The notes below the pieces were generated by a model, which had not been told where the DNA came from, ran no database searches, and saw nothing but the letters and a program-made list of their open reading frames with translations. The position numbers and the translations under genes are program-made. This document shows positions 13,100 through 28,746 of a stretch of DNA of 64,000 nucleotides, one piece after another. Position 1 is the first letter of the stretch, and each line of letters starts with the position of its first letter. The stretch is from Octopus vulgaris (taxonomy: Eukaryota): positions 76,260,001-76,324,000 of the forward strand of contig OX597819.1 of assembly GCA_951406725.2 (NCBI GenBank), read 5' to 3'.

Positions 13100-13718
13100 C
13101 AATACACACACACACACATTCGAATTGGACAGAGCACAAACATTTGATAGCCGATACGATCTATAGATTTGACAATAAAACTAAGTTGTAACATCAAGAC
13201 AGAGCTATACTACAATCTCCAGTAGACTTAGCACGCACTTCCAAGATGGAGCTAATGCACAACATTACACCACACACACACAGACACACACACACACACA
13301 CACATACGCACACACACGCACACATCTTACAACACAAAACAAAATTACATAATTCACTAACAGAGGAGAGTTCTTACATTCTTATAAATAGATTAATTAT
13401 GGAAACCGTTTTCATATCGCAATACGCTCACAAAACTAACACGCAAACATATACAACAAACATTTAACATGCGGCTGACGGTATGAAAAAAAGCAAACTT
13501 CTCAATTTTTGGCTACGAGATACAAATGAACACGTGACTACTACCTCATGAAGCTAAACGTCAAAATAGTTCCGGTGGGAAAGTCTGCACGAATTTTAAA
13601 TACTATATAAGAAACAACACAGACGCCAAATAAAATCGATATGAGACTGCAAAATTTAGATTCATAAAATATGAATTGAAGAACTCTATTGTTCCAAAGG
13701 AATTATAAAACTGACAAG

Positions 13719-13765
<47 letters not shown>

Positions 13766-13779
13766 GATAAGCGTCACTC

Positions 13780-14041
13780 TTTCCCGGTTTCTGTGGCGTA
13801 TGTGTTTCCCCCAGCTGGACGGGATGCCAATCTATCGCAGCGTTACTCAAGAAACAGGAAGAGAGAGTGAGAGAAAGTTGTGGCAAAAGAGTACAACAGG
13901 GGTCGCCACCACCCCCTGCCGGAGCCTCGTGGAGCTATTAGGTGTATTCGCTCAATAAACATGCACAACGCCCGGTCTGGGAATCGAAACCGCGATCCTC
14001 CGACCGCAAGTCCGCTGCCCTAACCACTGGGTCATTGCGCC
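13780..14041 (-). mobile_element. tRNA-derived SINE with V-domain-like segment
   Basis: Head ggcgcaatgacccagtggttagggcagcggac...gtttcgattccc (A/B boxes); gctgcgatagattggcatcccgtccagc; second copy at 52305-52593. Confidence 0.8.
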
Positions 14042-14054
14042 TGCACATACACAC

Positions 14055-14086
<32 letters not shown>

Positions 14087-15215
14087 ATGAATACAAAAAA
14101 TGGAATAAGGACGTAACGGACGACAATAAAAACATACGGACACATATACGATACAAAGACGGACAGTAAAACCCAAGTCGGAACATTTGTGGCTTTCTTT
14201 CATCAGTCAAGCTTCCAATCATCATTACAGTTTTGGTTTGTTACACTTCAAGCTGTTCAAAATTGGTAGGCCTCAAAAATCTAAGCTAAGGGCATTAAAT
14301 TTTTGGAAGAAAGCAAGCGAATATTTGCGACAACACAGACAAAACAACGAGAAAACGGAAAAAAATATTACACAATTACAAATACAAACAACACGAACAA
14401 CAACAGATGTCTTCTGACTAATAAGGACAAGTTAAATTGAGATGGCGTGTAAAGTGGAAGCTTTATGGTACAAATTTAGATGAAAGTCAGGAGGCAGGAA
14501 AATAAAGTGTTGTGCGGGCGGTGGTCAAGCCAAGAAAGAAAGATCATGTTCGGCCGAAACACACACACACTCACACATACTGGCCATACATCCAAGTATG
14601 TAATATATATTTACTCCTCTTCGTAAGTGGTTTAGGAACTTAATGTCATTTCTGATAAATCTAGAGGTTAGTATGCATAATGGTTTCAAAATTATGGTCA
14701 GTAAATTACTGGTAAATTACAGTAAATTAAGTTGGCTGCCCGATATAAAATTACCGCATCTTAACTTCTAATAAAGGTGCTTTGAAATACGGGTACTACA
14801 GCGATCGTACATAAGCAACAACTCAAAGGTCCATCTCTCGGCAATGATCCATGTAATGAGAATCTAGACATTTGCACGAGTAGAAAATTCAAAATGATCA
14901 TGTAATAAATACAAAAGAAGAAATAATATATAACAACTGTCAATCCGAGATTAAAAAGGAAATAGCCAACCCCGGTACTATGAAGAGCTACCTCTTCTCA
15001 GGTTACTATGCAAAACTTGTGTTCGAAAAGCTGAACATAGTTCAATCCACCGAAGACAACACAGTAAGTTCCTTTCGTAAGTTTTGTGTCATTCTGTGCG
15101 TCCAGACCCACGTTCTCTCGAAAATCAACAAACTTTTATGGCCTCAACAACATTCTCACACGCTCTGTCTCTGTCTGTCTGTCTCTCTCACTTCTCTCTC
15201 TGTTTCTCTCACTTA

Positions 15216-16012
<797 letters not shown>

Positions 16013-16892
16013 TATGTATTTATATATATATATTGTAACTCTAAAAGTGCTATAGAAGTGTAGAATTTAATATATTGTATCTACTTAATTTCGATTTTCT
16101 AACAGTACATTTTGCATTTGAGCAGATGGTCAATATTTACCGCATTTCATAATGTCTGGAAAGACAAACACATCTTTCCATACCACATATAATTAGTGAA
16201 CATAACTACAATGTAAATATCGCATGGATATTCTCACCGGACTTATATAAATCGAGAAATATATTGCACAGAATGTAATTTAAAAGTCGTAGCAAATTTT
16301 TTCTTGATATGTCTACTTTTGTAATCCGTGGAGAAATTAGTTTTGAAAAATAATAAAAACCCCAGTATATATAAAAGCTGAAGAGAACTTATCGTATATA
16401 AACGCTGTTTAATTGTTCGATCCTGCCAAAATATCAGCCAAATAACGATAGATGTAACTTAAGGGTTTTATAGGCTTGATCTTGAGCTTACTTGGGGTTA
16501 AATAGCGATAACCACAAAATACAGGTGCAATATCATTTTTGAATAATTTGAGTATTTCACCATCTAATGATCTTATCATGAAATATTTTCTGGATCTAGT
16601 AGTGAGTTGCATAGAATAAAAATGAAAATACAGATTAAACCAACTTCGATTCGGTTTTCCACTCGGAATATGACTGAAGCTGATGGTCAATGTCTTGCCC
16701 TGGTAATCTGAAGTTGCTGACTTATTAATTGTATTCTAATATACTGGGAACAACGTCAAGCACTATAGTGTAAGGGCTAAAATTATACGCATGAAATAAT
16801 GTTTTAAATTGAACAACTAGTTTCAGATCCTTATTCCTATAAATGTATCTCGAAAACATCTTAACAAAATTAGATATATATATATAAATATA

Positions 16893-17485
16893 AACCATGA
16901 GGATATTTGTCCTCGGCCCTTTGGATTACCGCTCCCAACTATGGTCACCAAACAGTGTAAAATTAACTCCGGAACTTGAGGCAATCCAGCGAAGATACAC
17001 AAACAAGATCGTCTATATACGACATGTCAGTTACTGAAGGCTGAAATTGATAAGAATTTATCTCCTAGAACGAAGGCAGAAAGATATGCAGTATTATAAA
17101 TCTGGAAAATCCTAGAACCTGTGCCAAATTTGGCATTGTCAATTAGACAAACAGCAAAACGGGGCGTTACTGTATACTGCCATAAATCCCAAAATTACCA
17201 TCATGATACAGGACCAGGTACTGCAACAGCATGCGCTTCAAATGCCCAGAGCTCCTCAGTATCCTCCCAAAAAGCCTGATATACCTACATTGGGATGGAT
17301 GTTGGTGACTTCAAAACAAAACTGCCAAGACTTCCAGATGAATCTATCTCGAGGCAAGAAACGCAGATGAGGGCAGCAACATCAAACTCACTCATTCACC
17401 AAATACCACAAACCAGAGGAGGTTTAATTAAATTGTTTCAAAACAAACAGTGGTGCTTCAGCATGGCCGCAGTCCTCGGACGGAA
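16893..17485 (+). mobile_element. Degraded 3' end of the CR1-group LINE family seen at 60070-62062
   Basis: Shared blocks gcaatccag, atctggaaaatcct, gtgccaaatttggcattg, cagcatggccgcag. Confidence 0.75.
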
Positions 17486-17541
17486 AATATTAAAAGAATA
17501 CATACACATACGCACACACACACACACGTCTATCTATTTAT

Positions 17542-17635
<94 letters not shown>

Positions 17636-19464
17636 GTCTGTCTGTCTATCTATCTGTTTGCCTGTCTGTCTGTTTGTCTGTCTGTCTCTCTGCCTGTTTC
17701 TCTGTCTGTCTATATATATCTCTGTATGCGCGTATATATATATATACGCATATATATGTGTGTGTGTGTATTTATTTATATTTATATTTATATATACATA
17801 TACAATATACTTATATACCATTGAAAAATAAATAGATAGATCTATACATGCATACTTGCATACAAACATACATACGTATGTACATGCATAGATTTCACGC
17901 GGATGGTTGTAGTCATCTACAGTAAGAAAGACATCCATGTTATACGCACTGTAGCTTTCATGCTTTTTATTGTCTTCTAACAAAGTTGTTTCAAGTTTTA
18001 ATTTATATCTTCTGAGAAACACATATATGCGTGTGTTCCAATTTTGATTCATTTGTTCATTGAATCTTTAGTATTTAGTGAGAAAACTAAACTGAAAGTA
18101 ATGCTAAATAAGTGTGTTTTGCTAAATATCTAACGGGGCTCATCTCTGTTGTAATTAAGTTGTAACTCCGTTCGCCAAAGATCAAGCAACTTGATAATCA
18201 ATTAGAAGTCTATGGTAAAGTACGGTTGCCTAAGATGTCATGCAGTCGGATTGAAACCAGTATCTAATCCTTGCGAAAGAAATTGTTTACTATTAGGCCA
18301 TGCATGATTCCATTCACACACATATAAAAAGACTGGTGTATATATTTTCAACGAATTATAGCCCATTCCCGATACAGTTTTTATTTCAAAGTGATTTTTG
18401 TTACTAGTAGCTTACCAGATGCCACACATTGTACCACTCCCCAAAAGTCTTGTTCTAGTGGTATGTTTGAGAATTTTACTCGGATCTTCCACCGCCCCAA
18501 GATTATCAGAGCAAAAACATCAGTTATTTGTAGTATAATAGTGTGCTTCTGATTTAAGACATCTCAGGGGTAAATAAATCTGATATATCCGAAATTATGA
18601 GCAAATTAATGTGTTCCCATAAGTTTCTTAGTGTTAAGCTTGCTCTGAAGGCATACGCTCAAACTTGTGTCTTTTGATCTATATGCCTCTATACAAAATT
18701 GTTTTCTTTTCTGTTTTGTCAAAAAAGAATTGCGGTATATTAAGCGCAGTTTTCTCTCTTCTAGCCTACTGATGTACTTCATCTTTTCGAAACGTTCTTG
18801 CATTTTGCCGAGTGAGGTGAGGTTAAGGCAGTAGTAATCTGAGTAAAAGATATATTTGTTGGTTATATTTTCTCCTTTACTGCTGCTGATGTTAGTTTCA
18901 TCGTAGTCGCTGATGTTATTGCTTCTTTTTGGAATGGTGGTGATTTTGTTGGAGCTGCTATGATTTGATGCTATAGCAATGGCAATGCACAAATATTTGC
19001 TGCTGGTGAATTTGCTAGCTTCTTTGATTGACATGTCATTGTGTAGCTGCTGCCAGTGTTGTTGGTGCAGGTATTGCTGTTACTGTTGTTACTATTGTTG
19101 TCGCTACTGATACTGCACATAGTGCTTACACTATGCCTGTAGCACTGAGTGGTCGGAGATGATTGTGGAAAACTGTTTCACTCACAAAATCATCTCCAAC
19201 CTTACTTTCTCTCTTACTAGCTGGTTGGAGATGACTACTCTACTTTGAAAACATTTTCTATACTTCAAAAAAGATTTTTGTTCTTTAAAAATTTGAGCCA
19301 TAACTCAAGTAATGGAAACGCTTAATCAGTTCCTTTTGGTTATGATGAAGAAAATAAGGTCAAACAATAAAATGAACACAAATAAACTTTTGAAAATAAA
19401 AACAAGGCTCAGACTCACAGAACCTCCGAAGCGATAAACAAGAACAACACACGCAAGAATAATA

Positions 19465-20391
19465 ATGGTTTCAAATTTTTCCACGAGGGCAGCAATTTTG
19501 GTGGCGGAGATGAGTCGATTTTAACGACCCCCAGTGCTCAACCAGTACTTATTTTATAGATCCCGAAAGGATGAAAGGCAAAGTCGACCTCAGCAGAATT
19601 TGAACTCAGAACGTAAAGACGGATGAAACGCCGTTATGCATTTTGCCCTCCGTGCTAACGTTTCTGCCATTTCGTCCCCTTATATACAAGAATAATGATT
19701 TCAAATTTTTGCCACAAGGGCAGCTCGGGGAGGGTTTGAAGTCGATAATATCTACTCAGTGCTAAAATTTCTGTCAGTTTTCCGTCTTATAAACAACAAT
19801 AATAATCCTTTCTACTAGAGGCACAAGGACTGAAAACTGGTGGGAAGAGGCCAGTCGATTAGATCGTCCCCAGTACACAACTGGTACATAATTTATCGAC
19901 CCCGAAAGGATGAAAGGGCAAAGTCGATCTCGGTAGAATTTGAACTCAGAACGTAGCGGCAGACGAAATACATTTTTCATTACTACCCACAAGGGGCTAA
20001 ACAAAGAGAGGACAAGCAAGGACAGACAAACGGATTAAGTCGATTATATCAACCCCAGTGCGTAACTGGTACTTATTTAAATCGACCCCGAAAGGATGAA
20101 AGGCAAAGTCGACCTCGGCGGAATTTGAGCTCGGAACGTAACGGCAGACGAAATACTTATTTCTTTACTACCCACAAGGGGCTAAACACAGAGGGAGCAA
20201 ACAAGGACATACAAACGGATTAAGTCGATTAGATCGACCTCAGTGCGTAACTGGTATTTAATTTATCGACCCCGAGAAGATGAAAGGCAATGTCGACCTC
20301 GGCGGAATTTGAACTCAGAACGGAACGGCAGACGAAATACGGCTAGGCATTTCGCCCGGTGTGCTAACGATTCTTTCATTTCACTGCCTTA
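19465..20391 (-). mobile_element. Tandem cluster of Meta-like tRNA-derived SINE units
   Basis: gaactcagaacgta.cggcagacgaaatac block recurs at ~19600, 19940, 20127, 20311. Confidence 0.85.
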
Positions 20392-21353
20392 TAAGCAGCA
20401 GTATTAATAACAGCAATTACTATGTATAGTAACGTGTACTGTATCCTACAAATAATCTATAAAGTAATATAAAAGTAAATTGCTGGCAGTAACTTCGGAT
20501 ACGGCGCACATAATAAAAGACCAGTCTAGATAAGTAAGTAGATTTAATTTGAATCCTCCCACGCGTATAATTTTTCGAATGCTGATGAATTAATTATATT
20601 TCATGCAGTAAAGTCCAGGAGATCAACTAGACTAGGTTCTATTACGAAGCAGAAAGTGGCTAGTCACTGACAAAACCACTATATATCATAAAAGCTTCTA
20701 AGCTTGTTTATCAAAGTATAAATGGATATAATCGTAATCATATTATATGTTCCGTTTAGATATCTTGGTGGTAGTTATTACAGTAAAAGTTACTTTTATG
20801 TATTATTTGATATTTAGATATCTATCAGTTATTCTCTTCCATTATTTTCCAGCATTCTCGCATCGTAACTTATTGTGTCATCATGCACCTGGAATATGTC
20901 CAACTCATATTCTGCCAAATTTGATCGATATATTGACTCAGTCAGTTTATCAGTCCTAAGAATCCAAAAATGTATCTTCCCTTTTTTTTCTCTCTGTGAT
21001 TTTTCAACTAGAATGCAACATTGGTTGCTCATCTAGTTTCCCGCTAATATATGCAAAGTTTTTGTTTACTTGGTTATAAATATATTTGTTTATTTTCTTT
21101 CACATTTTCTCAAGAATCACTAAACTTGTAGATTTAGTTTTCCTTTTCAAAATTTTGTTGTGTTTTGTCATTGCTTTTATTTCTTACTCACTGCTTCTTT
21201 CCATCACTCAGAATCAGTATCTAAATTCTTAAAATGTTAACATATACAAAACCAATATGAATGTAAAGATGTTTACACTGGAATCTCAAAAGAAATACGA
21301 AGAAAAACATGATGGAAAATAGCTAAAATATAGGATGAGAAACACAGAATGAA

Positions 21354-21389
<36 letters not shown>

Positions 21390-21445
21390 AGCAGGAAGAG
21401 GGTGAGAGAGAGGGAGTAAAAAGGGTAATATAATATATATATATA

Positions 21446-22018
21446 CAGGGGTTGGACAAAATAATGAAAACACCTTAATATTACAAACGAATTTATTCTA
21501 ATATGGGGTAGGATTGCTTTGGCAGTAATTACAACTTGAATTCTACGAGGTATGCATTCATACAAAGTTTTTATCCATTTTTCAGCTAAAGGAGTCTCCA
21601 GTTCTTGTAGTGGTGGTGGTGGAGGATATCAACCCCTTACTTGTTTTTCTCAAATGCACCTTAAATGTTCAATAATATTGAGATCTGGGGACTGTGGTAG
21701 CCAGATAAGATGTTCAATTTTCACTAGAATATTCCTCGTGCCATTCAGTAACAGCTTTAGCTGTGTGAATTGGTGCATTATCATTGTGAAAGATTGCGTT
21801 TCCCTCCTGAATCAGTTCTGCAGACATAGGAGGAATTTGAGAAGATATAATGCTTAAATAGACTTGTCTATAAATTCTGTCATGAAGGGAAACTATTGGG
21901 CCGGCAGGTTTCCAAGATGTACCATCCCCAGATCATCACAGATCCTCCTCCATGTTTAACAGTTGGAAGAAGGCAGTTATTTTAGTTGTCACCATACGTA
22001 TACTTGGCCGGTGGTCAG

Positions 22019-22020
<2 letters not shown>
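21446..22020 (-). mobile_element. Tc1-family DNA transposon, right part (degraded transposase)
   Basis: TA|CAGGGGTTGGACAAAATAATG terminus; minus-strand motifs VKHGGGSVMIWG and WLPQSPDLNIIEH. Confidence 0.85.
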
Positions 22021-22060
<40 letters not shown>

Positions 22061-22831
22061 CACATGTGTGTGTGTATGCATATGATTAAATACATATGTG
22101 TGTATATATATCTCTTTCTCTCTATCTCTTTGTCTCTCAGTTGCTCTCTCTGTGTTTCTCTCTTTCTCTCTCCTTATATATATGTGCGTATATATATATA
22201 TATATAGAAAGGAAAGAAGAGAAAGGAAGAAAGAGAAAGAAAGAGATGATGGAATATTTCCAAATCTTGCTATTTTTAACTTAGTAATTTAATTTCATTG
22301 TTTGTAGTTGCGTAAATCTGGGGAAAATTCGACAGTCTAATCTGTCTCGTTCAATAATCTCTAGCTGGAAAATATCAAGATACACAAATTACAAATCTCC
22401 AGAAAACGAAAACATAATTCCGCTAACTTTCTACTATATGAATAAAACAGACCTCGATCTATCATATTCACTGCAACATTTATGCATAGAATATTCCAAT
22501 ATAATTCATAGGGATCGCATTTTCTGTACTGCAAAAATGCTGTAAAATTCGAGTGTAAAGAAATAATGTTTTTAAACTGCAATTTAATTTTATCCGTATT
22601 TTTATTCCGTGCCGTACTGAACATTGTTTCGTTCTTTGATGATTCCAGAAACTTTTCGGTTTTCTTTTTCTAAGAGAGGGAGTTACTTAGTGCCTCGGTC
22701 ACCTTTTACCCTTTCCGGAAACGTGACTACTATACTATCTGTGGACCTCCCTGACCATTTCTACAGCGAAAGTCTGTCCGTTCCATATACATATGCATAT
22801 ATAACACACAAACACGTGCGCGCGCACACAC

Positions 22832-23162
22832 ATAATGAAATCAAACAGTCTTCGATTAATCGAAGACTGTTTGATTTCATTATTTTTCTTCTTTTTTTTT
22901 TGCCATATGTGAGTCGCAAATATTTTTGTCTCTGGAGACATATTTTTGTAGAAAAAGGAAATAGTAGTCTTTTGGCTGCTATTTCTAAAATTTTCGGTAT
23001 ATGGTCAAGCAACTTGTTGCAAAACCCTTATTGTTATAATTATATATAAAAAGACTTTTTGTATAAGTTTTTACCGAATATGGTCCTTTTCCATACCGAA
23101 ATACTACGAGGTGAAATTTGTTGATTTTATTGAATTAATTATCTTTCACCCTATATCTGTAA
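22832..23162 (+). mobile_element. Penelope-type 3' fragment with a 52-bp perfect 5' palindrome
   Basis: Palindrome 22832-22883; 22970-23155 homologous to the 3' module of the 546-bp unit; ends in (TA)n. Confidence 0.7.
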
Positions 23163-23174
23163 TATATATATATA

Positions 23175-23305
23175 CGCTGTCGAAGAGCGTAGGCTCGAAA
23201 CGTAAAAGACTTTTTCTATTTCTATTCCTGAGCGCTATACTAATACATTTGTTTGTTTGTACTCCATCTGCCTTCGTCTTTTGTTCATTTTCGTAAACTT
23301 TCCCG

Positions 23306-23308
<3 letters not shown>
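23175..23308 (+). mobile_element. Short pLTR-like repeat with partial hammerhead (gagc-gtag-gctc-GAAA-cg-TA), ending in (TA)n
   Basis: Related fragments at 4260-4400 (-), 56463-56570 (-), 59658-59690 (+) share ...ttttc.taaa.ttcccgtt-(TA)n or gctcgaaacgt. Confidence 0.6.
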
Positions 23309-23382
<74 letters not shown>

Positions 23383-24134
23383 TATATGGGGTGGAGGTAC
23401 GTTTCGTATGTTTCGTATGCACACACGCACTCACACACACATATATTATTGAAGTGATAGTGATGAGTCGTAGTGATGTCAACGGTTGTCGCCGGTAATT
23501 AACAAGATCCCTATAAAAATAAACAAACGTCACTGCTTCGCTCACTCGCTCTTTTTATTTCCACTATCAGCATCATTCATGTCGCTCCTGGAGACAACAC
23601 TGCCATGCCTACCAGCAGCCACTTTGACTTACTTCCTTTGGCGTTACGGATTTTTCTCACTAATGGTATAATAACGGTTTTAATACTTTAATAGAAATGG
23701 AGAGAACATAGTTGATTCTGAATTACAACAATATTGCTGACAAAGAAAGCAAAAAGACAACCCCCCCCCAAAAAAAAATACAAAATGTAAATATCTTAGC
23801 TGAGAGATATTTCTGCACAATAATTACAAATATCATATGGCTTCACACGTATGGAATATAGAGAATTATAAAAGTCAGTCAAGCATCCAAAGTTGCATGT
23901 GATATCAGAAATTGCAGTCAACGTTCTTTTCGTATGACATATATTCTCGATGTTAGATGTGATTTTACAAACAAAATTTCGATGCAGTTAAAAAAATCTA
24001 CCACCATCAACTAATTGGTGGGCTTATTTGAGATCACTCGAACCATTTGATATCACTCGCACATTTCTCTCAATGAACATAAAATACTAGAAGCGACATT
24101 CATGACAGAAAATACTTTTGGTAACTTATCACTT

Positions 24135-24470
24135 CAAAATTGGTTTTTGAAATTGTAGTACAAGACCACAAAGTTCGGGGAAGGGTGTAAGTCGATTACG
24201 TATACCCCAGCGTTACACTGGTACTTATTTTGAACTCAGTGCGTGAAGACGGTCGAAATGTCGCTAAGCATTTTCCCAGCGTACTAACGATTCTGCCAGT
24301 TCAATATTGGCTTCAAATTTTGGCATAAAGCCACCAATTCCGGGAGAGGAAAGGGTTGAGACGATTATATCGACCCCAGTGCTAGACTTATACTTATTTT
24401 ATCGGACCCATGGTGGGAATTTTAACGCATAACGTAAAGACGGACGAGTGGCAATAAGCATTTTGCGTAC
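24135..24470 (-). mobile_element. Two degenerate Meta-like SINE units
   Basis: Similarity to 4843-5766 blocks. Confidence 0.65.
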
Positions 24471-24976
24471 CACCTCATATCAGTTCAGTATTAAAATTAC
24501 TTTACATTAAACAGCAACTGAAGCAACACAAAGAATGTCGACATAACGAGCATAACGGGCGAGAGATTTATAGAGATTGCAAAAATAACAGTGTTGTTCC
24601 TGAGTTTGAATAACTTTGTAACCTGTGAAAAATCACAGTATCTGTCCTATGGATTATAGTGTTCATAAATATGAATTATAGTGTTATAGCAAAGTGATGA
24701 CTGAGTATAGAACGATAATACGAAAGAGATAACCTAGGAACTTATTATCTTATGAACTTCATTCGCTTATAGCTGTTTCTGATATATGATACAGTGGACT
24801 CATAGTTGAGTGCCTGAATAACACCCTATAGTTTATTCGAAGACTTGAATATGAGGTGCAATTTATTGACCTGTAGGGACAGTGTATTTCGGAATGGATT
24901 AGATGCATTAGGGGAAATATATGTATATATATGTACGCACGCAGTCTGAGTACTCACAAATACTAAGACACACGCA

Positions 24977-25056
<80 letters not shown>

Positions 25057-25681
25057 TACACACATATACATACACGCACATGCACACACAAGCACACACA
25101 TAAATACCCAATTCGCAGGCACACAAGACACGCACACGCACCGGGATAAACGTACACGTGCGTTTCCGTGTCTATGCGAGTTAAGATTTTGAGTGTGTGT
25201 GAGTGTGCGTAAGTGTGTGTGTCTTTCTGTATCTGTGGGTGCCTTAGACTGAGTGCGTATATATGTAGAATATATTTCCAGTAATGCAGCTAATTACTTT
25301 TTGGACATATACTTTTTCAGATATACATCTATATACGCCTATTACCCATTTTTCATCTTGAGCCTCGTTGTTGTTTACATCAAGCGTATATGTGTGTATA
25401 TATATACACACATATGTGCGTGTGTATACATACATATACATATACCACACATTTATTAAATAATATAACTCTCTCTCTCTCTCTCTCTCTCGCTCGCTCG
25501 CTCTCTCTCCCCACGCACACACATATACACCATACCGTTATTAATATATGTAAGCCCTCACACGTACATGTATACATATATAATTTAGATTCAGATGATA
25601 TCCTTATTGCTTATTTTGATTATACATACATACATACATACATACATACATACATACATACATACATACATACATACAGAC

Positions 25682-25752
<71 letters not shown>

Positions 25753-26346
25753 TTATATATATATATATATTATATATTATATTATATATATATAATATAT
25801 AATATATATATGATATATATATATATATATACATAAATATAAATACATATATATATGTATATATATATACATAAATATAAATACATATATATATGTATAT
25901 ATATATACATAAATATAAATACATATATATATGCATATATATATATACATATATATATATATTTATGTAGATCACGTGAAATCAGAGGGAAGCGTATCAA
26001 ATTCTGCATTAAATTTTCAATTTACAATCTACGACATATCTCATAACTTTTTCTTCAAATAACAACGCCAAGTGAATGCACATTTTTCATCTTTATATAA
26101 TGTAATGGGTTGATTGGGTTGCGTGGTGAAGTGTTTCAATAAAAATTGATCAGTGTCACACTTTCTGACATATCGTAGTATTTATCTTTTTCTTTGAAGA
26201 ACCTACAAAGAGAAACACTATTGATGTTCTATATAGATGGTATGAAATCGAACTAAAGTAGGTGCCTTTGTCCAGTCGATTAGCTCACTAGAAATAGCGG
26301 CCAAATCTATCTAAAATGACATTAGATATCATTATTAGGAAAATAT

Positions 26347-26785
26347 AAGGCGGTGAACTGGCGGAATCGTTAGCATACTGGGCAAAATGCTTAGAGCTAT
26401 TTCGCCCGTCGCTACGTCCTGAGTTCAAATTCCGCTGAGGTCGTCTTTGCTTTTTCTTCTTTCGAGGCTGATAAATTAGCTACAAGTAAAACGGTGGGAT
26501 CGGTGTAATCGGGTAGTCCCCTCCCACCGAATTTCAGGCCTTGTGCCTATAGCAGAAAGGATTATTAGGAAAATATAGGGATAGTGATCTGGTAGGAAAG
26601 TTACTTCACTGGATAAAATGCATAGCGGCATTTCGTTCGTATTTGCGTTCCGAGTTCAATGTCTGCCGTGTTCAACGTTGTCTATCGTCTTTTCGGGGCT
26701 GATAAAATAAGTGGCAGTCGCTGTAATTGACTACACACCTCTCTAGAATTTTCAGGTTTTGTGCTTATTGTAGAAAGAATTGCTA
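26347..26785 (+). mobile_element. Two Meta-like SINE copies in tandem
   Basis: aaggcggtgaactggcggaatcgttagc...gagttcaaattccg...aggccttgtgcctatagcagaaaggatta. Confidence 0.75.
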
Positions 26786-27265
26786 GTAATAGGTAACATG
26801 CGTGTGTGTGTATAGAGAGAGTGTTCGAGCTAAATTTGGCAATTTTCAACACCGGGAAATAACACACATCATAGCGTATCCGTAAATAAAATGAATCCTG
26901 CTGCCTTCCAGCAGCAATCCTCTCCATCCGGGTATTGGCTAGTGTCCAGCAGCTTCACATACCCGTCTGAATTATGCTTATGGCACTTTTCAAAATTAAA
27001 GAGATGATTTCCGGCGCGCGGATGCAGTGTTATGTCGTATAGTTTTTAAAATGCTCAGAAAACATTGAGCAACAGTCACGATCTCGGTATTTCGCAGCGA
27101 ATAATCATAGCATAGATAACTTCTTTCCAATATTCAGATGGCTACCAGTTTCCCATGCCAACTTACTTTTTCTCTACAACTTTAATCTTTATGCTTTAAG
27201 AAGAATGCAAAGCACTATCAAATTTAGCCCAAACATCCATACACACGCGCGCGCGCACACACATA

Positions 27266-27440
27266 TCTATTATATAAAATCCTTTCTGTCTGTCTGTGTG
27301 CGTGTCCTCTAGGATCTCGGGCATCCTCCATCCGATTGCGCTCAAATTTCATATGTAGATACCGACGGTATCGGGGCGTGTATAAGTCTTGAAAAAATTA
27401 CAAAATCAATTCCAGGTGAGAATGTGAACGATTAAGTATA
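27266..27440 (+). mobile_element. 5' end of a non-autonomous Helitron-like repeat
   Basis: A|TCTATTATATAAAA start, (TCTG)n, ccgatt..ctcaaattt motif typical of such elements; 3' end not located. Confidence 0.45.
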
Positions 27441-27598
27441 TCTTTACGTCTTCTTTTGCTAATATTTCAAATTTAGGTTAAATCAGTGTTTCTCAAAGGG
27501 GAGGCCTATGGGACGGTCGGACAAGTTGTTGCGAGAAAATTTGGTTTAAATGTCTGACAACTCAGCACCGTCCATCGGACGGTGGGGCCTTTTGCTCG

Positions 27599-27697
<99 letters not shown>

Positions 27698-28694
27698 AGA
27701 TAAATGTGAGTGGTGTTTCTCTGTCCGTTACGCTTTATGTTCGTTAACATCTCCTAGACCGTTGGTGCAAGGACAACGAAACTCAAACCACCAACTTCCC
27801 TAATCCCAGGGAATGTCCTAAGTGGATCTATTTTAAGGGCCACCGAATTGGGGTATCTCTGACCCCTCTATTTTTACTGTATTTTAAACTAAATACATGG
27901 CATTGGCGACCAAATCGGAGCAATGACAATGCATTTCATACTAGGGAGTATCGCAAAGAGGTTCAATTTCTGAAGAGCCGCTTAAATGAAGTCCCATTGA
28001 CCCCCCACTATTTTTACTGCATTTACCTCGCTTCTACGCTTATTAATTGAACTGTGATCAGTATCAGTGCTTAACACATTTGCAGAAATAAGTTTGGGCA
28101 TTCTAAACACTTGCACCTACATTCAAATCGAGATAAAGGGTTATAACAGGTAAGTTTCATGTGTGGTAGTGTGAATATTTATATTTTATAGTTTATGAAA
28201 CTTATGTCTAGGTGGAAAACTAATATTCCCGTTCTGGTTACGGTAGCCCCCTAAAGATTTCTAATAGAAGATAGAATGAGGTTGAGATGAAATGGATCCT
28301 ACTCATTTTATCTCAATCTCATTTAAATATAGCTTTCTGAAATGGTGAAGTGATGGAAAAATTATGATAGGTATGACAGTCATACATAGCAATTGCTTTG
28401 TACCAATGGAGGTTCAAGTCTAAAAATATGAACTGAATTAATTACTACTTGGCGTTTGGAAGCACACACGTAACTCCGTGAAAGTGTCGCAAATTTTCAT
28501 CGTCAGAATAAAATGAAAACAGAAAAAAACATGGAAATGGTTCCCGAAGGCTTCAATGGTGCGCTACGCAGGAAGTGAGCCCAATGCCGCCCGAAGGGCG
28601 ATTTCAAAGGTAGTATATATATATGCGTTTGTGTGTGTGTGTGTGTGTGTATGTGCATATATATACATACATGTATATATATGTATATATATAT

Positions 28695-28746
<52 letters not shown>

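Noticed and set aside
18606-19100. 142-aa Ser/Asn-rich ORF
   Set aside because: Degenerate trinucleotide low-complexity sequence; no domain or splice evidence
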